In this document: positions 35,272-47,631 of the stretch, piece by piece
Numbering within the stretch: the stretch's first letter is position 1
How the letters are laid out: each line of letters begins with the position of its first letter
Assembly (NCBI GenBank): GCA_026936335.1
Contig: JAPMXV010000042.1
Span: forward strand, 372,001 to 436,000
Length of the DNA stretch: 64,000 bases
Direction of reading: 5' to 3'
Origin: Mantamonas sphyraenae STR306
Lineage: Eukaryota > Protista > CRuMs
The notes under the pieces: model-generated
The model's input: only the letters and a program-made list of their open reading frames with translations
The model's database searches: none
What the model was told of the DNA's origin: nothing
Made by a program: the position numbers and the translations under genes

Positions 35272-36293
35272 TCAAACATACCCACCCGTGCCACTCTGGG
35301 TCCCCTGGAACACACTTTGTACGAATTCTTTAAAAGTCATCTGGTCGTAATCGTTGCCGCTGGCGCTACTGGCGCCGCTGCCGGCAGTGTCGCGCCCCAG
35401 CGAGCTTCCCGAGCTCGAGCTCGACCGTGCCAGCCCTCCCGTCTTGTTGCGCCGCTCAAGGAAATTCTGTACATACAGGGCAAGCTGGTCGTAGTCGGGA
35501 ACCTTGTCCTCGACCTGTGCTTCGAGCTTTAGCTGCTTCAGGAGGGTCAGAAACAGCTCTGATGGCACGCTGCCTGTGCCGTGTTCGTCTGCCAACGCAA
35601 ACAGCTCCTCCGCCTCTGCAAAGAACTCTTCGTACTGCAGACACACCGACACGGCGCAGGCAAACTCGTTAAACGAGATCACCTCTTCGCGCGAGCAGTC
35701 AAACACCTCCAGAAGCATGTCCAGCACGTCTGTAGGAAAGTCGTAGCACAGCAGACGCACTAGTTGTTGAAACTCATGGAAGCGGATGTTGCCGTGGAAC
35801 TGTTTGGGCTTGCTCAGCACGTCTGCGCGCAACCAGCGCGCCACCGATGATCAACCTCTCGTAGGGTCAGCCACACGCGACGAAATCCCACACACGCCCA
35901 CACCAACGTTGGTTGTACTTGGTGTTGCATCCTGTACCGCGCTCTGGAGCCGTTTCCATCCCGCATTCGGCCGTGCAACTCACCGCTGGTCTTTGTGTGG
36001 CCGCCCACTCCCGAACCGTACAGCGTCAGATATGCAGACACGAGATTGTCCATAAACGTTTCTCGATTCTCGCGGCTCAAGCGAATCAGGCGGTAAGAGC
36101 GGGACAGGTTGTTGCTGCCGTGCACCACGGCCTGGAAGTAGTCGGCCAAAAAGCCCACCGGGTCTTCCGGCCTGTTCTCCAGGATCAGCGTCACGGCGTC
36201 CTTCAAGTACGCTGTCACCATGTGCGTTTGCAGATACTCCTCGGGAGAGTCGATCACCTCGTCGTTGTCATCTTCCTCCTCCGACCTGCTCAT
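35272..36293 (-). CDS. Tubulin polyglutamylase complex subunit (TPGS1/CSTPP1-like), RIIa-type dimerisation N-terminus
   Basis: Exons 36293-35984 and 35822-35272. EEYLQTHMVTAYLKDAVTLILENRPEDPVGFLADYF, TFMDNLVSAY, LLCYDFP, ISFNEF...EEF. Confidence 0.78.
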
Positions 36294-36430
36294 CGTCGCC
36301 CGCCCACGCAACGATACTCAGTTTTGTGTGCGTTTGTCTGCGCGTCCCCCACATTCTCGCTTTGCCAACCTTGCTGACATCTCGTCACACGTGCTCCCCA
36401 TACCTTCTTCTGCCCACTCTGCAGTCGAAC

Positions 36431-39400
36431 ATGAGCGGCTTCACCGACTTTAGCTCGCCGGTGCAGTGCATCCTCACCGACATTTTCGAGCAATGGAGCG
36501 CTTACACACGCCAGCGCGTCCCTGAGGTTACCACTCAATGGAGGGTACGTTTCGGCCATCACAAGGCCCTCGCATTCGCACCGCCTCGCTGTCCCACCCT
36601 GCACCCTTCTCGCCACCTCCCATTGTGTCTCCCTATGGCCGCCCACCTCCTTTTTCGTCACCGACGGCCACTCGTCAAAATCGTCTGCGCCCCTCTCTTT
36701 CCCGGTCGTTTTCTGCACTCTGCGTGCGCCTATCTGCCGACTTTTGCATCCCATTCCGTGCCTATGCACATCCTGCTCCCGTTTCCATGCTTGGTGCATG
36801 CCCATCTGCCCACCGGCGCGTGTTTAGGCCCTCGCTCTCGCTGTTCCGGGACTTCAAACGGTCGCCCCGCCACAAATCCCGTGCGGGCCCCTGTTGCTTT
36901 CATGGCCGTCTACGCGTCCTTTCCCCTGTTTACCACCATGGACGTCTGCCTGTCTCCCAGCCATCCACTGTCCTTTGCCATGTCCTGCATGTCTCCTCCG
37001 CCCCGTGCCTCCCTGTGTGCCCTTCCTCGTGTCCGCCAAAAATCCGAGAACTCGCCTTGCAGGGTTTTCCGCTTCTCCCCCAAACCCTCCGCCACCCCAC
37101 GCCACAACTCGCCACGCGGCCTCCCTCCTTCTCACACCACCTCTCCCGTCCCATGCCCTTTCTCTGCCACCCCACTCGATTCCACAGAACAACCTCAAGC
37201 AACGCGACCGCGCACAGCAGAAGCGCCTGCCGAAAATGGTGTGTTGCTCCACCTCTGCATTTTTTGAGCCCTCACTCTCGTGGCCCGCCATGCCCTTGTT
37301 CGCCTTTGACCTCGCCTCCTGCCTTGCACCTAGCCCTCCAACATGCGCCACACGTGCACCCTGCCCCTGTCTGCCGCCTCCTGCATCGGTGTGCGACCAG
37401 CTGGCATACCTCCATCCAACGCGACCGCCTGCTGACCCTCGAACCCTCTCCCGTGCTCCCCACCACCACACAACAGCCTCCTGTGTTCCGCTTCAAAGAG
37501 GTTTTTTCTGCAGAGAACGACCCGGACCTCAACAAGCTGCTGAACGCCCTCGGCGCCCTCTCCAAACACGCTGTCAGCGCCCTCGTCGCCGTCAACGTCG
37601 CGTGGATGAAGGATGTCATCACACAGCCCTCGCATATCGGCCACCGCGACGGCAAGCGCAAGGCGAACGACAACGTCAACGAAGTTGTGGAACTGCGCGA
37701 GATGGTCGTCCAGTATCTCTACTGCGTCCTCCAGCTCGCCATCCTCGAGCACTTTGACGGGACAAACATTCAGGCAAACACAGCCGACAAGCTCGAGGAC
37801 ATGATCTTTGAGCACTTTGAGTACGAGCTCAACCCCAAGGAGATGGCCGAGGTCACCGAGCAGCGCGACGTTGTCGACGACCTCTTTGCCCAGCTCCTCG
37901 GCAAAATCTCCATCTTCCGTTCCGACATCATCAACGAAAAGTACTTTTCTCTGGTCAAGCCCCTCATGGGCAAGAAGGACGACAAGGAGAAGGCAGCCAT
38001 CCTCACCAAGGCCGTGCGTCACATCCACCTCGACATCACCACCGAGGATGGCATCGCACGCGCCGAGCAGTGGTTCACTTCTCTGACCCCCATCTTCCAG
38101 GATGCAAAGATCGAGTCTTTCAAGCATTCCATCATGGACTCCTACGGCAACATGTGCCGCTCCGTCATCTACGACGAGCAGCCCGATGTCCACTATGGCT
38201 CCTGGTACCAGGCGCTCTTTACAACCTTCACGCGCACATTCGAGCTCACCGAGCGCGGTGACAAGCACGCCCTCCAAGGCTACCCGGCCTCCTGCGCCAT
38301 GCTTGCTTGCCTTTCGCCCGAGCTCTTTGACCAGCACTTCACCAACATGCTCGATCTCCTCTACAAGTGCCTCAAGAAGAAGGACCTCCGCATCATGGCC
38401 ATGCGCTGCATCAACACCCTTGTCGAGGCCTGGTACCGCAAGTTCACCGACGAGGAGACCTCTCGTCTGCCCATCATCAAGCAGATCTGGAGCAACATCC
38501 TTGCCCCGGCCAAGCGCAAGGAAATCCTTCCGGGCGTCGAGCTCGACCTCCTCACAGACTTTCTCGTCATCACCGCCGACGCAGAAAAGGACTTTACCGT
38601 GGGCGAACTCGTCGAGGACCTCCTCACCCAGGACCACGTCCAGCGCCACCTCCTTGCCCTGCGTGCCTTCAACCGCATCGCAGACAACGTCGAGGACAAG
38701 GAAGGCTCCGACAAGGCCTTTGACGTCATTGTCCAGGGCGGCGACGAAGAGCTGCCCACAGACGAGGACGGCAACACCATCGAGCCCATCGGTCTCTCCA
38801 TGCATCTCGAGTCGCTCACCGCCCTCTTCAGCGCTCTCCTCAAGCGTTACGATGGAGTCGTCGGCGGCTGCACCATCTACAACACCACGCGCCCGCTCAA
38901 GGAGACCCTCGTGCGTGATTTTCAGTACATGAGTGTGGACGTCATCCTCGAGATCATCGGTGGCTTGCCGCGTGTCATCCCCATGGGATACCAGGGCTCC
39001 GTCCTCTACGGCCTCCTGGCCAAGTACACTGTGCACTACAGCACCGACGTGCGCCGCGAAGCATACCTTGCTCTCTCGCGCATGTTCAACCGCTTCCCCA
39101 AGGAGCGTGCGCTCATTGTGCACTCGTATTCCGACTGGATGATCCATTTGCCCGAGCACCTCGACAACTTTGTCGTTGCTGGCTGCCTGCAGAACCTGCA
39201 TACCCTGCTCCTGGAGTGGGTGGACATCCTGCGTTCGGGCGACGAGGACCATTCCGTGTATGATCTGACCCCCGAGGAGCAAAAGGAGCTGGAGCCCGAC
39301 AACGACGACGACGAGGTCCTTGACCGCGTCTTTCTCTTTGAGTCCAAGTTCCGCAAGGTCAACATCCCCTTCCTCGAATCCCTGTGCCTGGTCATCATGC

Positions 39401-42400
39401 ATTCCACGAACTGCACCGCGCGCAGCAACTGCTTCGAGGTCCTCGAAGACCTGCGTACGCTGTACCGCCTTCTCGTGCCCACCAGCGCCCTTGGCCTGGT
39501 CCACGAGCGTATGCAATCCAACCTCAGCGACTTTGACGAGGACGAGGACGAACACACCGCCCTGCTCAACACCCCGCGCCTGTACGACGTCATCGAGGAG
39601 AGCGGCGACGCAATCCTGCTCAACGGATTCCACGACCACTCGCGCAACCTTGTGGCCGTCGACGTCGAAGAGCAGCCGCCACCCGGCCTGACTCTCAAGT
39701 TGCTCGCTGGCAATGACCATGAGAACTCCCAGAAGCGCTGGACGCGCTGCCTGGGCGAGCTCGGCAAAACTGCCGCCGCCATCTGCCCGGCCGTCGTCGG
39801 CATGGCCTGGGTCGAGACCAACACGCGCATCACCAACCTCGGCATGAACCCGCGTGATACCTCTGTCACCGACATCTCCCTGGTGTGGCGCAACCACCTC
39901 GTGTTTGCCTTTGCCACTGCCCAGCTCGACGAACTCGAGCCTGAGGAACAGGAGGCTCTCTTCAACGAGTCCTTCCAGGGCGAGGAGGGCACCCTGCGCG
40001 GCAAACCCAAGTCTGTGCTCCGCTTTGAGGCTGGCGAAAGCACCATGGATCTGCTGCGCTACGCACTGCAGTTCATGGATGCCGACACAGAGTACATGCG
40101 CGAGACCATCACCATTGCCGTTGCGCATCTGCCCACCAACATCTACCCGCTGCTTTTCCACGAGATTGGCCGCTACGAGGAGGCGTACAAGGTGACAAAC
40201 ACCAAGAAGAAGATCCGCGACAAGGACCGCAAGGACCGCCTGCGCAACGAGGTCTCGTACATCTACCGCATTGTGGCGGAGAACGCAGGCCCGGACACGT
40301 TCCGCGGCTACAACCGCCACCTGCCGCAGGTGTTCTACAACACTCTGCTGGAGTACTTCAACTACCTTCGCATCGACGTCAACAACTACCCGCACTCTCT
40401 GCAACCCCTGCGCTACAACTTCTGCCTGCTGGTCAAGTACCTGTGTGAGGAACTGCCCGAAGTGGCCGCCTCCAACGCGCAGAGCAGCAGCAGCAGCAGC
40501 GGAGGCGCGCTCTCGGGCGACGAAGTCGACCTCGAGGGCGACGGCGAGGAGGAGGAGGCGTTCTTTACGTTTGAGGCACGCCAAGCCATGTTCAAGTTCC
40601 TGATGCCATGGTGTGGTCTGCGCCCGTACTCCCTCGCACGCGAGTCGGAACAATCCGCTACGCTGGACCGCCTGCTCAAGCCGCTGCGCTCGCAGGAAGA
40701 CCGCCTGCGCGCCGAGCACTACTACTACCGCGAGGTGGAGGCAGTTGAGCACCGTGCAGTCGAGGCCATGGCCGCCCTGCTCAACGGCCGCGCCTTTAAC
40801 CCGCTGGGAATGGACGAGGACTCCACACCCGAAATCGAGTGGCTGGACACCGTGGTGTGCTGCAACAACGACGTCATGCGCCAGCATGGCATCAACGGCC
40901 TGCAGGCACTCATCTCCTTCAACTACGCGTTTATGGAGATGTACTTGCACAAGTGTTACGTCGATGCACCCGAGATCAACATGGCCTACTTTGCCGCCCT
41001 GGTCGAGGCGTTTTCCACCACGGACGAGCTGCCCATCACGCCTGCCGTGGCCATCAACCTGCTTCTGCACAAGTCGGGCGACCGCAACTACGAGGTGCGA
41101 CGCCTTAACCAGCGCTTCTACGACGCAATCATGCTTCGCTACTTTAGCGACCGCGAGGTCACCGGTGCCTTCTGGGGCGGCTCCACGCTCACAGACACCA
41201 TGCAGTCGCTGCAGCGCAAGCTGTCCACGACACTCGCTCGCTTCTGCTCGGAGCTGACCAACGAGGTCATCCAGGAGATGGTCAAGCGCTTGCCCGTCAC
41301 TGCACCCGCATTCAAGGTGCAGGCCTTGGCATACATTGTGCCCTGGATGGGCAACCTGGACCTGGACACCGACCGCGACGGCACATTTGATCCGCAGATG
41401 GAAACGACGATTCAGACCATGTTGGACATTTCTGTCGAGTTTGGTGAGGAGTTTTTCCGCGAGCTCGCGCAGGTGTGGGAGCGCGTGTCGCACAACGAGC
41501 AGAACGTCATCTTTATGGTGGAACACCTTGTGGACGCCTCTCTGGAGGACCCGTCGCCCGAGTTTCTGCAGACGGCCAAGAAGATTGCTGTGTGGCTTGC
41601 ACGCGGTGCGCCCGCTGCCACAACCAAGGCAATCTCGGACGTGCTGCTGGACTCGCTCAAGTACGCGCCCATGGATGAGCAGATCCCCACGCAGGCGCCG
41701 GAAGAGAAACGTGCTGGAGGCGAAGACGACGACGACGAAGAAGACGATGAGGCGGAGGACGGCGAGGTCGAACCTGCCGGACGCGCTGTGGTGGTGGCCG
41801 ATGAGGAAGGCGACGAGCTGGAAATGCTGATGGCCGTGTCGACCATGGCCGACTTTTCCACCACGACGTCGTACGTGGGCCAGGCACCGCCCGAGTTTGC
41901 ACCGGGCATGGAGCCGCCGCCTGTGTCTCCCGAGTTCCGCTTCACACGCACGGATCTGGCCATGCTTCTGGGCGTGGAGATCATCAACGAACTGGAGCCG
42001 AGCGACTTTGCTGTGAACCTGCACACGCTTGTGCACGTGGCCGTGGTCAAGATGGACGACCTGAGCGATCTTGTGCTGGAGCACGCCAAGATTCTGCTGA
42101 GCAACATCCTGCACGGCGTCGTGCTGCGTGAACTGGACTCGCAGAGCACCGCCGACTTTGACGAAACGCTGGAGTTGGTGAACTTTGTGCAGTCGAAGCC
42201 GCTCCGCGCGCTTTGGGACAGCGAGGACACAGAGGAGAACGAGCGCCTGGTGCTGAGCACGAGCGCACGCATCCTGCAGTCGTTGAGCATCAAGGCTGAC
42301 ATCCAACAGGCGTGGAGCGACGAAGCCGTGTACTGGGGCAACCACAGTGCCGACACCTTCCTTGCCCTGCGATCCTTCCAGGTGTTCCGCGCCGTGGCCG

Positions 42401-45400
42401 CTTCGGTCAACGTGGAGCAGCTTGTGGCTACGTTGCAGACAATGATGATGTGCCTGGACGAGCCTACGGTGACGCACCTGATCTTTGCGGTGGAGATTGC
42501 CAAGGCACTGCAGGTGATGGTTGCCCAGGTGCCCAACATTGCCGAGTTTCCGCAGGTCGTGTGGGCGTGCCTGGCCATGATGAAGACCAACAGCCCGGCG
42601 CTGTTTACAGAGGCCGTAAAGCTGTTGGGCGTGTGGTGCTGGACAACGTGGATCCGCACGACGAGTCGTTCATCAAGGGCGTGTACGCGACCGAGCCCGA
42701 ATCGTGGAAGGGCAGCTTCCGCGGCGTGCTGCCGTTTGTGGTCAAGGGTCTGACGGCAAACAGGGCCATGGAGGCCACGAGCGAGCTGCTCGTGCGTTGC
42801 CTGAAGCTGGCCGAAAGCGAGCTGCTGGGCAAGGAGCAGATGCGTCCGCTGCTGCTGTCGCTGGGTCTGACCCCGATGCTGGCCATGGGCCTGGAGCACG
42901 GCGAGGTGTCGGAGAAGGCAGCCGTTGTGGCTCAAGACCTGTCTGCACATCTGCAGAGCTTGAACCTCGAGGATCTGGCACGCGTGTTTATGTCCTACTC
43001 GGAGGGCGAGTACACCACGCTGGACTTTTTCGTGACCAACCTTGTCGAGCCGCTCGTGGACTCGTTTGGCGAGCACGAGTTGGTGATGGTGGTTCTGCTG
43101 TGTCAGGCCATCAACAACAACGAGAACGAGCTTGTGCGCGAGGTCACGCTTGCACTGCTGCACGAGGTGCTCAAGCGCATCGAGATGCGCGAGGAGAACT
43201 TTTCGGGCGAGGCTGCATTGCTGTTCCGCGCCGTGTCCAAGGAGGTGACGTCGGAGCTGTTTTTGGACGCTCTGCCTGCACTGCACGTGGCCAGCCACCG
43301 CAGCACCCTGCGTACGCTCTGCCGTACGGCTCGTACGTGCGTGAGGACTCGGTGCCTGCCCTGGGCATTATCGAGTCGTTCCAGGTGCAGCAGGAGGCGA
43401 CCTTCAACGACGACGGCTACGCGCTTGCGGACGAGGTGGAGAGCGCGGATGCGCTGCACGCTGTGCTGAAGAAGTGCAACGAGGTGGTGGACATCAGCTC
43501 CATCGACCTTTCCAAGCCTTTGTTGCAAGCCACAGTGCGCCTCAAGGCCAAGCCTGCCACGCGCCCCAAGGCCAAGGAGGCTGTGTCGACAGACGCAGGC
43601 AAGGCTGCAGCGAAGCCGGCGGAGAAGACGTACGCGCCGCCGCCTGTGGAGGCTGCGGAGGAGAGCAAGAGCGAGGACGACGTGTTTGACATGTTTGCTC
43701 CGCCCACGTCTGCGCCGCCCGAGACAGAGAACACGGAGGCCGGTCAGTCGTCGACTGCCGCCGAGGGCGACGACGAAGACGAGCTGAAGCCCAAGAAGAA
43801 GCCCAAGACGAAGAAGAAGAAGTCGACGTGGCAGAAGCACGTACACAAGAACGGTCGCGTGTACTACTATAACCGCAAGACCAAGAAGACGCAGTGGACC
43901 AAGCCCGAGGACTACGACGGTCCGGAGGATGAGGAAGAGGAGGAACAGCAGCAGCAGGAGGCAGCTCCGGTCGCGGCCGCAGTCGAGACCTCCCCCGCAG
44001 CGGAAGCGGAGACCACGGAGGCAGCCGAGGAGGAGGCGGAGCCGGAGCAGGCTCAGGAGGAGGTGGAGCCGGAGCAGACTCAGGCTCAGGAACAGACAGA
44101 GGCGGCCGTGGAGAACACGAAGGAGGAGGCACCGATGGTGTTTGCACCGCCTCCGCTCGAGGAGGGGCCCGTGACGCCGAAGCTGAGCAAGCCGAAGAAG
44201 TCTGCGTGGAGGGAGGTGCAAAAGGACGGCAAGGTGTACTACTACAACAAGCAGACTCGCAGCACACAGTGGAAGAAGCCTGCGGAGCTGGAGGAGTACG
44301 AAAAGGCCTTGGCTGCATTTGAGGCCCAGGAGGCCGGCGAGAGCACGAGCACGAGCACCACGGCAGCACCAGCAGCGGCTGAGGAGCAGCCTCAGGAGGA
44401 GGAGGAGGCCACCGCAGAGAGCGAGACTGCTGCTGCGGCAGAGGCGGAGGAGGAGGAGACGAGCAGCAGCAGCAGCAACGCAGCAGCAGCTGACGCGTCT
44501 TCGTCATCGGACGACAAGGCTGTTGAGGAGGCGGCTGAAGAGGTGGATCCGGAAGCACTTGCACCTGGATGGAAGGAGGTGACGTCGAAGGACGGACGCA
44601 AGTACTACTACCATCGGGCGACAAAGAAGACGCAGTGGAAGAAGCCGCTGTTGAAGGACATGCAGTCGAGCGCAACGTCGCCTGCAGCCATCAAGGCTGG
44701 GGAGGAGCTGCGACAGGCCAACAAGAAGTGGCGCAAGCTGAGTGCGGTGAACCAGTTTGCGTTCAACGCTGACCTGTACGACATCTTCCCTGCGGCGAAC
44801 AACGTGGTCGCCAAGACGCACGAGGTCTTTATGGCAGACTTGGGAATTGTGCAGGAGAGCGTGAGCATGGAGGAGATCACGCGCAGCCTGAAGGCGACGC
44901 CGAGCATGGGTGAGGACCTGAAGGACGTGCTGGACTTCCTTGCGCAGATCCCTGCTGCCAAGGGCGAGGCCATGGACGAAATCTCAGCACGCATGGACGA
45001 GCTGGCTGGCGAGGACGAGGCGTGGCTGGAGAACTTCAAGGCGGCACGCGGCGAGGCCGTCACTGTTGTGGAGGCGCAGATGGAGGCGTTCAACTCGAAG
45101 AAGCGATCTCTGGACACGGCGATCTCCGACCTGGGTCTGATGGCCAACGAGGAGCAAGCTGTGAAGCAGCACCAGGAGATGTACCTGGTGATGCAGCTGT
45201 ACGACTGCAACCTGGAGCTGCTGAACTTGATGCGCGTGGACCTGGCGAGCCTGCAGTCGCTTGTGCAGCAGGTGGTACAGTTTGACGAGGAGCAGTGGTC
45301 GGCTCTGCAGCAGACGCTGGACAACCTGATTGCGGACAACCGCGAGAAGTATGCGTACTTTGAGGAGAAGGAAGGCAAGGCCAAGTTCCGCCAGAACTTT

Positions 45401-45436
45401 GGCACGCACAAGAAGAAGAAGGGCACCAAGGTGTAA
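36431..45436 (+). CDS. FRY: Furry/Tao3/Mor2 NDR-kinase scaffold with three C-terminal WW domains
   Basis: Exons 36431-36544, 37188-37238, 37477-45436; frameshifts at about 42628 and 43307. Furry motifs DLFAQLLGKIS, LLALRAF..IAD, LPRVIP..LLAKYTVH, WTRCLGEL, WRNHLVFA, VPWMGNLDL, AKKIAVWLAR, LALRSFQVFRA. WW domains at about 43823-43906, 44201-44281, 44558-44647. Confidence 0.88.
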
Positions 45437-45486
45437 CGAGGACCACCTGGCCAATGAATCACTTTCACAACGACCTTGCGTCCACG

Positions 45487-47511
45487 TCACACTTTGTTTT
45501 CATTGCTCTTGCTGGCTGCGTTTTTGTTGTCGTCTTGGTCGTCGTCCGCGGCGTCAATTTCCATTGCCGCCAGCTGCTCGGCTTCGGCGACAATGTCGAC
45601 GTCGGCGGGCGAAGAACCAGACATCCATTTGTGGAGATCCATTGCTGCAAGGAGAGAGTACACGACGGCGTAGTCACGAGCGGCGTTGATGGAGCTGAGG
45701 ACGGGATGGCGCACGTTGCTGCGGGAGATGCACACGGCCTCGGTGCTCTTGATGGCAATGGAGCGGACGGGGTTAATATCAGCACTGAGATCGCGGTTGA
45801 TGGACCGCAGAAGGTCGTTGGTCTTCAGGAGGAGGAGCATTTGGCGCGGGACACGCTCGAGGACCTCGCCAATCTGCACGAGAAACTCCTGTGCGCCGGC
45901 TTTAAGTTCTTGAGCTTCCTGGGCTGTGGTGAGGCCCGAGTTGCCGAGCCCCTTTTGAATGGACTGCCAGGAGCGCTGTGTGAGCATGACGCTCATGAGC
46001 TCGTAGAGATCGCCCGAGCCAAGGCGGCGACAGTACTTGCGGAGCTTGCGGAGGTCGCCAAAGACAATGGAACGCCACAGCCTAGCATAGTCGAGGCGAA
46101 ACTCGTCGTCCAGCTGGCGATAGAGGCCGTGGTCGAGGACAATGATCTGAGGTTGGCCCGAGCGCGGGTTTCTCCGGACGAGAAGGTTGCCTGGATGGGG
46201 ATCGCAGTGCACCCAGCCGTGGATAAATATTTGGGTGGAAAAGATGTCTGCAAGGGTGTTGACGACGCGTGTGGGGTCGAGATTGCGCTCCTGGAGACGT
46301 TGGACATCGTTGATTTTGACGCCGTGGACAAACTCCATGGTGAGAACCTTGGAGGTTGTGAGATCCCAATGGATGGCAGGGACGTGGACATCGGGGTTGT
46401 CACGGAAGAGGCGTGCGGTGCGCTCGGCATTGGTGGCCTCCTGGCGAAAGTTGAGTTCGTGCGGCAGATTCTCCTTGAATTCGTCGACAAGCCACTGAAG
46501 ATTGAACATGGGGAACAGGTAGCCAGCCGTGCGTACCATGAGGTCGATGGTGTACACGTCGCCCTGACAGGTTGTGACCAAGCCGGGGTACTGGATCTTG
46601 ACAGCCACCTCCTTGCCATCCTTGGTGACGGCACGGTGGACCTGGGCAAGGGAGGCTGCGGCAATGGGCTGTGTGTCGATGCGTTCAAACACATCCTCGG
46701 GGTATGCGCCGATTTCGTCCTTGAAGGCCTCGCGAATCTCTTCCCATGGTCGGAACGGGGCGTGGTCCTGAAGGAAGGCCATGGTGCGGACGTACTCGAC
46801 GGGCAGGAGGTGGTCGAGGGAGGCGACGTGTTGGCCAGCCTTGATGTAGATGCCACCGGCAAGCTTAAAGGCGTTGAGGAGCTTCTCTGCGCTACGCTGG
46901 TGGACTGCGTGGCGCTCGGCCTTGTATTCGTCGGGAGTCATGGAGTCTTTCTCTGCATCAAGCAGCTTATAGTCACTGGCAATTGAAACGGAGACGGAGA
47001 CGGCGCGGAGGAAGCGACCAAAACCAACGACGACAGCCCAGATGCGCTCGTAAAAGGGCATGTCCTCGGGAAATTCGACGAGGCTGAAGGCCATGTAGAA
47101 GCCAACGCCAGCGGCTGCAAAGGTGCCATAGGCAGTGACACGGACGGCCGTGCGCAGCAGAGAGGACTGTGCCTGTGCGGAGGAGGCGGTGGAGGCGGAA
47201 GTGGCGGTGGTCGGCAAGTTTTCGGAGGCGACGGACCGGAGGGTGTGGAGGCAGGCTCTGTGGACAAGGTGCGGATTGTGCGCATTGCGAGGGGCCACAA
47301 TGGACGGACGGGAGGCAGCACGGAGGGGAAGAGCGAGCGGACGAGCAGCCGCAGCATGGGAAGAGACGTGGCGGCAGGCCGGTTCAGCGGCTGCGGAAAA
47401 GGTGGGACGCACAAAGAGCGAGGAGGGTGGGGTGGCGGCCACCAGGCGTGCCACGCCTTGGTTATGAAGAAGTAGGGAGCGGGTTGAACGTGGGGATCGC
47501 AGGCGGTGCAT
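45487..47511 (-). CDS. ADCK1: ABC1/UbiB atypical kinase (ADCK1-like), probable mitochondrial presequence
   Basis: GGIYIKAGQH, PIAAASLAQVHRA, VAVKIQYP, ELNF..EA.N, LTMEF, VHCDPHPGNLLV, LDHGLY, LLLKTNDLLR. Arg/Ser-rich N-terminus from ATG 47511. Confidence 0.92.
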   Translation of the reverse strand: MHRLRSPRSTRSLLLHNQGVARLVAATPPSSLFVRPTFSAAAEPACRHVSSHAAAARPLALPLRAASRPSIVAPRNAHNPHLVHRACLHTLRSVASENLPTTATSASTASSAQAQSSLLRTAVRVTAYGTFAAAGVGFYMAFSLVEFPEDMPFYERIWAVVVGFGRFLRAVSVSVSIASDYKLLDAEKDSMTPDEYKAERHAVHQRSAEKLLNAFKLAGGIYIKAGQHVASLDHLLPVEYVRTMAFLQDHAPFRPWEEIREAFKDEIGAYPEDVFERIDTQPIAAASLAQVHRAVTKDGKEVAVKIQYPGLVTTCQGDVYTIDLMVRTAGYLFPMFNLQWLVDEFKENLPHELNFRQEATNAERTARLFRDNPDVHVPAIHWDLTTSKVLTMEFVHGVKINDVQRLQERNLDPTRVVNTLADIFSTQIFIHGWVHCDPHPGNLLVRRNPRSGQPQIIVLDHGLYRQLDDEFRLDYARLWRSIVFGDLRKLRKYCRRLGSGDLYELMSVMLTQRSWQSIQKGLGNSGLTTAQEAQELKAGAQEFLVQIGEVLERVPRQMLLLLKTNDLLRSINRDLSADINPVRSIAIKSTEAVCISRSNVRHPVLSSINAARDYAVVYSLLAAMDLHKWMSGSSPADVDIVAEAEQLAAMEIDAADDDQDDNKNAASKSNENKV

Positions 47512-47631
47512 GCGCACTGTGCAGGGAGGTGGAGGGGGAGTTTGGATGGGATGGGCTGGGCAGGTGGTTTGCATTCTCGCTTGGACACGCATTCCCACAC
47601 AAGTCAAGCGATGCCAAAGTGGCTGTGGGCG

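Noticed and set aside
36538-37476. Pro/Ser-rich N-terminal 313 aa of the 2071-aa ORF
   Set aside because: Read-through of pyrimidine-rich introns. The spliced model from ATG 36431 has canonical splice sites.
37330-42477. 1715-aa antisense ORF opposite Furry, and similar long shadow ORFs (2302-4761, 6108-8213, 13101-14936, 45454-46986)
   Set aside because: These mirror real genes with strong GC3 codon bias, which removes antisense stops. No recognisable domains.
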